Shown here: piece after piece, positions 56,251 to 64,000 of the stretch
Layout of the letters: each line of letters begins with the position of its first letter
Numbering within the stretch: position 1 is the stretch's first letter
Assembly: GCA_020137815.1 (NCBI GenBank)
Contig: CM035353.1
Location: 2,480,001 to 2,544,000, forward strand
DNA from: Hormiphora californensis
Lineage: Eukaryota > Animalia > Ctenophora
Reading direction: 5' to 3'
DNA: 64,000 bases
Made by a program: the position numbers and the translations under genes
Notes under the pieces: model-generated
Told to the model about the DNA's origin: nothing
The model's input: the letters and a program-made list of their open reading frames with translations, nothing else
Databases searched by the model: none

Positions 56251-58326
56251 TACGTTTGAAACCACTTTAGATCAACTTTTTTAAGACGGCTATAGCCACT
56301 GTCTGTGAGACCCAAAATGTTCCTTTCTCCAAGTTACATCACTTGTATCTACTTTTTGTCCCTCGTACACCCACCCCCCTCTAGCCTTAATCTATCACAA
56401 TTCCACATTGCCAGGTAGTGTATAGTTATATAACTGTTAAAGAAGAAAGTTGAAAAAAGTGGAGCATGTACGATGCCAGCGGAGTGTAGACGATGCCAGT
56501 GTTGGTGTAATACAACCTCTCGACCTCCACACAGACCTCTAGATTTTCTTGACTGGAATAGTCTCTTGGAAGATTTAAGTTTTATCAGCATACTATCGCA
56601 TTATTTTCCAGGTCGAAACAGTCCTGTTCTGATCCCTGAATCAGAAAACAAGGAAACAGAATAAAACATGAGCTAAATAAAATGTATTGTACGTGAAAGA
56701 CCGAGATTTTAGTTAGTTAATTTAAAGTTTCTGGAAAACTTGGTCAAGGAAAACCATCCCCATAACAGCAGGCTGGACAGTGGACATCAGGCCTCCGGAG
56801 GGGAAAGCACCGTCGGCGTTGGAGTCGGATTGGGAACAACTAGGGGTTGCGGACATATAAATGAATGCCTCAAGGAGAGTCTTGATGGGTTTCTGCAAAT
56901 GTTCACCCGCCAAAGATAAGTTGGGTCCCCGTTCAGTGAGCGGGAAGTACAACAAGACCCCCGAGGGGCTGCGACCGATACCCCCTACCGATCCGGATAA
57001 GGTACATAGCTGGCACCGCCAGACTAGTTTGGTATGGAGGACCTGCTGAAGGAGGTGGACAAGTTTGGGGCCAAACATGATCCAGCTAGATTAGTGCCAC
57101 ATGCGGATGGTCGAAGTGACCAGATGCGGCAGGGCTGACAAGGGCACCATCGGAGCTGGAGGAGGATTTGGCAGGTTACTCCGGGTGGCTGAGATGATGG
57201 ATGCCCGGCTCTTCAGTCTTAAAGGAGAAAGTTACAAACTGCGAGTTAAGAGATTGAAGTAGGCATTGGAAGCAAAGTTGGCGATGATATTATGAGTTTT
57301 ATATTGTACTCTCTTCAATGGCTCTTTCAAACATCTCCTTTTAGTCACTATTTAGGAGTTACAAGAGCCTCTGTTATACGAATCACAGGACGGGGGTCAC
57401 GATGGGGGGACCAAATGCACGAAGCAAGGAAAATGGAGCTAGATGGATGCAAGGACGATGGTATCATTACTTACAGTCTGTGCTACACATTTTGTCCAGG
57501 ATGTTCCAGAATATTTCATTTCTAGTTAAACATAAATGGATTTTATAGATGAGAGTGCAATTACTCTTGTTTCATTAATTTTCAGTCTCTCGGTATTTTC
57601 TTTTTTAATGATGAACATTGACCTTTTTGCTTTTCTTGTACATACTGTCATCCTCATTATGCTTTTTACACACACATCTTTTGGTTTAACTTTCAGTTTT
57701 ATGTCAACATACATCCCAATCTTTTCAGTACGATGTATGGTTTTGAACAATCTTCTGAACTTTTTTATCATCTTAAACAAGTTGTTGTTTTAATTAACAA
57801 TTAATTAATTAACTTTCATAATCATTTTGATCATCTTTTTTGGCATATTTCTTTAATTCTCATCTTTTTCATCTTTTTTATGGCATATTTTGTACTTGTA
57901 ATATGACGGACGAATCGTAGTGGGGAAATAGACTAGAGACTAGATAAGAAGACTAGTGCTATGATAAGGATTGTATATTATATGGCACAGATACCAGCAG
58001 ATGAAGTGTGAATTTGACATTATCGAGAAAAGCCAAAAGGATGATATAACCAGACTCCAGAGCAGCGGGGAGGGGAAGAGAGTGTTTTCACCCTCCCATA
58101 GACCAGCCTGTGGTTAGATTTCGGTATGCCTCGCTTATAAGGACACTTATATTTGGATGTATTTGTTTATGGTACTGCATACTCACATTGTATGTTGATA
58201 ATACAGTCGAATTGTGCTAATGAAGAAAAGTTAAATCTACATATTATTACGGACATAAGTGATATTTCTTGGGATTACGGACAACAAGAATCCCCGGAAA
58301 GTTGCGAGACTTTTGGAATTAAGTAA

Positions 58327-58436
58327 TAGTGGGAGACACTAGCGTGGTACGCGCAAAAAAATGCGCGCCACATACCTAAAATAACAGGTGTGTGGCGCGC
58401 ATTTTTTTGTGCGTACCACGCTAGTGTCTCCCACTA
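58327..58436. mobile_element. 110-bp palindromic element with TAG..CTA ends (Academ-like MITE)
   Basis: 51-bp near-perfect arms, 8-nt loop; TAA on both flanks. Confidence 0.7.
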
Positions 58437-59050
58437 TAAGCAACAAGAAGCAGAAAAGATAAGATCCCCGCCAAACGTGATGTGTGTTTCTCCAGTCCCC
58501 CAGATTGAATTTTATTTGGAACCGTGCGTTAAGGTTTTATGGAGGTTCTTGTTGACCAACGGTGGGCCATGTCAGCTTTTACTGGACACGTCTAAAATGG
58601 AACAACACCATTTCCTTCAGAAATTGCCTTGGTCATCGAGTAGGAATGGACTGGTGAATAGTGCTGTCTAAGACATTGACATCACAGTAAGCCTATCCCG
58701 TAAAACCAATCCCTTAGGTTGTGTGTGCATCTCAACAACAGGATCAAGAGCACAGCGAAGGGCAGCGATTTCAATTCTCACAAAGAGGTATATTTGATAA
58801 CATAAGCGCGTATAACAACTGCAAGCATGCTGACTTTAAGGACTTTAATGAGAACTTTTCAATGGCCGGAGGATGTGTTATTATGACCCGATACCATCCT
58901 GCTCCAGCTCCGACGTAAAAGCTTCCCATCGCTAGTTTTATGAATTATGAATGAGGTAAAACGAATCCTCGAGCTTAAAAAATTTGCGACATATCCCCTA
59001 TCGTCGTTCGGGGGATTTGACCAGTACTTCAAGTCATAGTATCTTGTGGA

Positions 59051-59283
59051 TTGCTGAAAGAGCTGTCACCCGACATGTTTCTCCCCCAAAAGGAGGATTT
59101 TGATCAACTGCTGGATGTGCTGGTGATTCTGTGCATGAGGCAGCTTGTGAAAAATACCACAGCTGAAAAAATTTGCGGGCATTGTTGTGCGGCACATCCC
59201 CCATCGCCATTCAAAGGATTTGTGCAACACATCCGTAATTGTGCCATTGGGATTGCTGGACATTTCCGAGCAATCCACAAGGA
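59051..59283 (+). pseudogene. third DUF6589-like fragment
   Basis: LSPDMFLP..LCMRQLVK, then a shifted frame VPLGLLDISEQS paralogous to ~53330. Confidence 0.5.
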
Positions 59284-59285
59284 CA

Positions 59286-62200
59286 AAAACTTATTAACGC
59301 ATATGAACGATTATAGCCGGATGACGGTGGGTTTTATTTATGAAAATCATATAAGTGTTTTCAATTTGAAAATGGGGCAGGGAGTTCATTCTTATTTTTC
59401 GATTGAACAATCTATACTACTGTGCCCAAATTTCAAAAAATGTTTTTAAACAAATATGGAAAAGGGTCGATGCTATGGTCTTTCTCGAAACCCGACGCCC
59501 TGAGGGGACAGCAAGCTGCTATCAACTGAAGCCACAACCTTGTAATTTAAAATTTTCGTTGGTAGATATATCATTTCATTGAATTTTCATATCGGTCATT
59601 CAAAAACACTGAATATTGAGGAAGTTTTAACCTCCTCGACCCAATTTGTTGTCTGTCGAGGCGAGTCGCTGGGGGGCGCAGAGACGTGACCGTATCGCGA
59701 GTACACTCTGGCCCTGACTCGTTTTGGTCCTAAAAGGGCGCATGGGGAGAGGACAGGAAATGGTTCCCGTTATGCTAAAATCAAAATTCCGGGTATTCTG
59801 CAATCTCTTGGTGTCTACTTTTCAAATCATTCTGATCCCTAACATCAGTGTATAGTATCACTGCACACGATAAGACTGTACCAGATTACCGAAAAGTAAC
59901 ATTTCATAATTTGATCATCTCAATTCACATTGCTGCATGTTATTGAATCTCATTGGAAGCATGTTGCCAGCAAAGTAACATATTCAAATAGCATCATCGG
60001 CTGATCCCTTATTTACCGGGGGAATGGGGGATTTGGCGAGCATCGAGTGGCATAGACGTGGGGCGGCGAAACCAGTATCTGGGTTGTTGCGCGCGAAACA
60101 GCTGTGAAATTCAGCCATGGCCAGCGAAGATTGGCCAATCTATTTGCGCATCCAGCGAAGATTGGCCAATATTGTTGAGGATTCGCGCATTAATGTTTGT
60201 AGATTGGCCAATTTTCACCATAATTGCCCGCGCGACCTTTACTTGGGCAGCGTTAAAATCTGGGTGTTTCGTGAGTGCTGACAAACGGTTTTTTAGGGTT
60301 AGGGCTAAAGTGGGGTTAGGGTTAGGGCTGGGGTTTTGGTTGGGGTTAGGCCTTGACATTTCCTACCAGATAAACTTTGAATTAGCCAAAACGGTTGAGT
60401 GGTTTGGCGGCAGGGACGGCGCTCGTGGGTGTCCGGGTGTCCGCGGACACCCAGACCAAAAAGACGGGGAGAGAAAAGAAGAAAAAATGGAAAAAAACAA
60501 AAAGAATTTGAAAAAAAAATCGTGTGAAAACTGCGAAATTTTCGATTTGCGCGCAGCCAGGTGTCCGGAGCTCTGCCGGACACCCAGGTGCACTGCGTGC
60601 ACCTGTAACGCACGGCAGAGCATAAAGAGGGTTCTTCCGCGCGCCACAGTGCATTTTGACGTGACCAGGGTGTCCGGTTCACCAGAAAGTTGGGTGGCGC
60701 GCGGATGAGTTTTTTTTTGATCAGAAAACTTTCATCTTTTTTCCATTTTTTCCCTGCCCGGTGGATGCCGAAGGCATCCACGGATGCCTTTTACTTTGTA
60801 AAAAGGCATAGCAGGGTTAGAATTCGAAAACGACATTTTGGTATACTAACTAATCGGTAAAGTCGGATTTTTTGAAGTTGTCACCCCCCTTTTCGTGCGC
60901 GGAATGTTTTTGCGCGTCACATCACGTGTTAAGGCCAGAGGGGGGGGTCGACGGGTTTTTTGGGGTGTTTTTTGAGGTATACGTTATATGAAAGCTGGGC
61001 AAGGCGGATCGATTAGAACAGACGTCATCGATGTTGGCGCCACCGTTTGGCCAAAATTTGGGGTTAACATTTGGCCTATAATGGATGTTAACCCCTATAA
61101 ATCAGGATTGGTGGGGTCTAGAACATCCATCATTGTACCAAAGGCTTCGTCTTATCTTGATACAACTTCCTGAAAAGTTTTATGTCGTTACTCCAACTAC
61201 TTCTTGATTTTTGGGGGTTACAAAAATATGCGGAAAAAGCCCTTTTTGCCTCTAATTTGCTCTTTTTTGGGACATCCTGCCTCACTTCTGAAATAACGGC
61301 TAGGACTCAGACCTTGCGTTGGCATAGTTGTTCTAGAGACCGTGTTCTTCAAATTTGGTGTAGCGATTTTTGATTAAGGCCCCCGTTCAAAAATTATAGG
61401 GGTTTACATAAAATTTTCATGGACAAAACAAATGTTAACCCCTATAATTTTGAACGGGGGCCTTAATCAAAAATCGCTACACCAAATTTGAAGAACACGG
61501 TCTCTAGAACAACTATGCCAAACGGCAAGGTCTGAGTCCTAGCCGTTATTTCAGGAAGTGAGGCAGGATGTCCCAAAAAAAGGCAAAATTAGAGGCAAAA
61601 AGGCTTTTCCGCATATTTTGTAAACCCCCAAAAATCAAGAAGTAGTTGGAGTAAACGACATAAAACTTTTCAGGAAGTTGTATCAGGACAAGACGAAGCC
61701 TTTGGTACAATGATGGTGTTCTAGACCCCACCAATCCTGATTTATAGGGTTAAAATCCTTATAGGCCAAATGTTAAACCCAAATTTTGGCCAAACGGTGC
61801 GCGCAACATCGATGACGTCTGTTCTAATCGATCCGCCTTGCCCAGCGCTTTCATATAACGTATACCTCAAAAAACACCCCAAAAAACCCGTCGACCCCCC
61901 CCTCTGGCCTTAACGTGTGGTGTGCGCGTCAAAATTGATAAATTTCACATGCGCGGTCATTTTGGGGTGACAACTTCAAAAAATCCGACTTTAGAGGGAC
62001 ATTTTTTGGTCACACTTTCGTTGCGAGGGGCAAAAGTGGGGCGCGCGATTTGAAGTTTGCGGAGTAGTGAGTAACATGCGCGTCCACAAACTATTGAAAA
62101 TTTATGAGGCGTGCGCGGCTGTAAACTGTAACGCGCGGCAAAATTTGTTTTATATCGGCCGCGCGTTTTTGGGGAAAATGGAGAAAGTGAAAAAATGTTT

Positions 62201-64000
62201 TGCGTTTTTTTCTAAAGTTCGAAAAACACAAATCCCCATTTTGCGGACAGCTTAATGGCGAGTTGAATGGCAAATCGAAGAGGGCAGGGAAACGTAGCAT
62301 TATGGATAAATAATGCAAATAATTCTTGTTCACAAAAGGAGTTCAGAAATGCTTAAAATCGTTTAAAAACGCCTCAAAATGTCCGAAATTTTCGGGGGGC
62401 TTCGCCCCCTCTACCCCCACCGGGGCTTGCAGCCCCTGGACCCTGCCTGCGGGGGCTCTGCCCCCTACACCCCCGCCGGGGCTGCGCCCAGGGACTTGCT
62501 GGGCCGAAGGCCCAGCGCCGTCCCTGTTTGGCGGTTAGAGTCATTTTAGTGAATCAACTTTTTTGGCAGCGCGCACCTGTAAACAGGCCACCAAACACCC
62601 AGATCGTAACGGCGCCCGTTTTTTGCTCGCGAGACCCTTTTGGAATGCGCTGCAGCCCCCTCATGCGTGCACCCCCTTATGGCCAAATCACACCTGATGG
62701 ATTTCCAGCACTCGAAATCCAACAGAGCACAAATCACACTACTTTGACATGCGCTGCAGACCCCCTAGTGCACGCGTTTCCCACGGCTTCAATTCCATTG
62801 GGGACTGCAGCGTAGACCAACACACTACTGCTGGATTAGTGTATCGCCTGTTTTGACTCTCTCTAACGTTATCGCGTCTCTCTCACTCTCTCCATTCTTT
62901 GTGTGGATTTCGTGCGCGTGCCCGGGCACACCATTTTTCAATGTTTGGAGGGTGTGAGAGAGACGCGATAACGTTAGAGAGAGTCAAAACAGGCGATACA
63001 CCAATCCAGCAGTAGTAGTAGTGTGATTTGTGCTTTGTTGGATTTCGAGTGCTGGAAATCCATCAGGTGTGATTTGGCCCTTATAAGGGGCCTGCAGCGT
63101 ATGCCAAGAGACCCTTGAAAAGCGCGGGGAAAGTTAAAATCTGGGTGCCTTCCGGCTTCCATTGCTAACAATTAATCAATTTTGGCGTTCGAGACTGGTT
63201 AGGGTTTTGTTTGGGGTTATCGATTAGTGCCATACATAACCCCAAGATAAATCAACTAATCGAAATATCCGTTGATGACTTTGTTTTGGGAGTTGAACGA
63301 CTGCATTGGGTTACTGTTCCCGAACAACAGACAAGTATCACACCCGACAATGTTAGTCAGTGCTATAATTCCATCAAATTTGCACCTGCGAGGGCTTTTA
63401 CCCCTGATCGCTCGGACCCACCCGAATATCACATGAGGACATTCTTCAAACATCGTCTGAAGGACCTTACTCCAAATCAAGTTATTGATGTCATTACTCA
63501 ACTCGTTATTTCCAGTGCTAAACTTGATCAAGCAGCTATGAACAATTTGAATACCGTAATCACTGCAGAAACTAGAGAAGCAACGATCTCTGTGTGTAAA
63601 GAAGAGCTTGAGCGAAATCGTGTCTTGGTGATTGAACTGCAACAAACGGTCATCAATGCTCAGAAAGAACAACTCAGTGGAAACAACAACTCAGTGGAAA
63701 CTTCAGTGCAGAAGGTGAAAGCCTACTCGACAGTCATAGCTTAAAATTATGCTGCAGCCTCCCCTGTGGCGAAAAAGGTACAAACTCCTCCTAAGCCACC
63801 AACTTCTAAGCCTCCTCCTGCTACAGTAGCACCCCAGGCAAATCGAGAGAAAAAACTTGGTAATACATATTTGGGCTCCCAGAATCAACTGAGAATACTG
63901 ATAGAACCAATCTGGAAGAGCTATTTGAAGAACTGGACGAAAAACCGAAAGTTGCTAACATAAAGCGTAATCGTGAGAGAAACGAGAAACGCCCTAGGCC
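59286..64000. repeat. inverted duplicate of 13767-18480 (runs off the window)
   Basis: Reverse-complement identity including the nested foldback 60860-61991. Confidence 0.95.
63211..64000 (+). pseudogene. LINE ORF1 remnant
   Basis: 177-aa open stretch with coiled coil and KAYSTV, then stop and frameshifts. Confidence 0.6.

Noticed and set aside
57526-57900. Lys-rich ORF as a real gene
   Set aside because: AT-rich low-complexity sequence with no recognisable motif
60290-60350. Telomere or interstitial telomeric array
   Set aside because: Only a few degenerate TTAGGG units inside an interspersed repeat (also ~17430-17472)

Overview
Repeat-saturated, intron-containing eukaryotic (animal) genomic DNA with a 100-N scaffold gap at 25366-25465 and many (CT)n/(GA)n tracts. 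A ctenophore origin is a guess from the style of the repeats and is unverified. No intact host housekeeping gene is recognisable, and almost all ORFs in the supplied track are spurious. Manual splicing recovers: (i) an ISL2EU/Harbinger-type cassette with a YqaJ-like gene whose catalytic residues are replaced (<1-1355) and an intact 7-exon THAP-DDE transposase (1489-3532); (ii) a decayed RING+PHD gene on the minus strand, interrupted inside its RING finger by a ~1.34-kb CAC..GTG foldback element with a TAAA target duplication, whose right arm is itself split exactly at 9384|25466 by ~16 kb of other sequence plus the gap; (iii) non-LTR retroelements: CRE-like, CR1/L2-like, an RT+RNase H LINE, a Penelope GIY-YIG end, an ORF1-only element inside a (TC)n tract, and a tRNA-derived SINE; (iv) an intact 9-exon EnSpm/CACTA transposase (35511-40928) followed by a 46-bp minisatellite and a Pro/Glu-repeat ORF; (v) three Helentron/Helitron2-type non-autonomous elements with co-varying subterminal repeats, canonical short Helitrons and many MITEs; (vi) a scrambled 44-59 kb mosaic with an orphan Nse4 C-terminal ORF and DUF6589/Academ-like remnants; (vii) a >=4.7-kb inverted duplicate (13767-18480 vs 59286-64000). 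All assignments come from reading motifs by eye; no searches were run.
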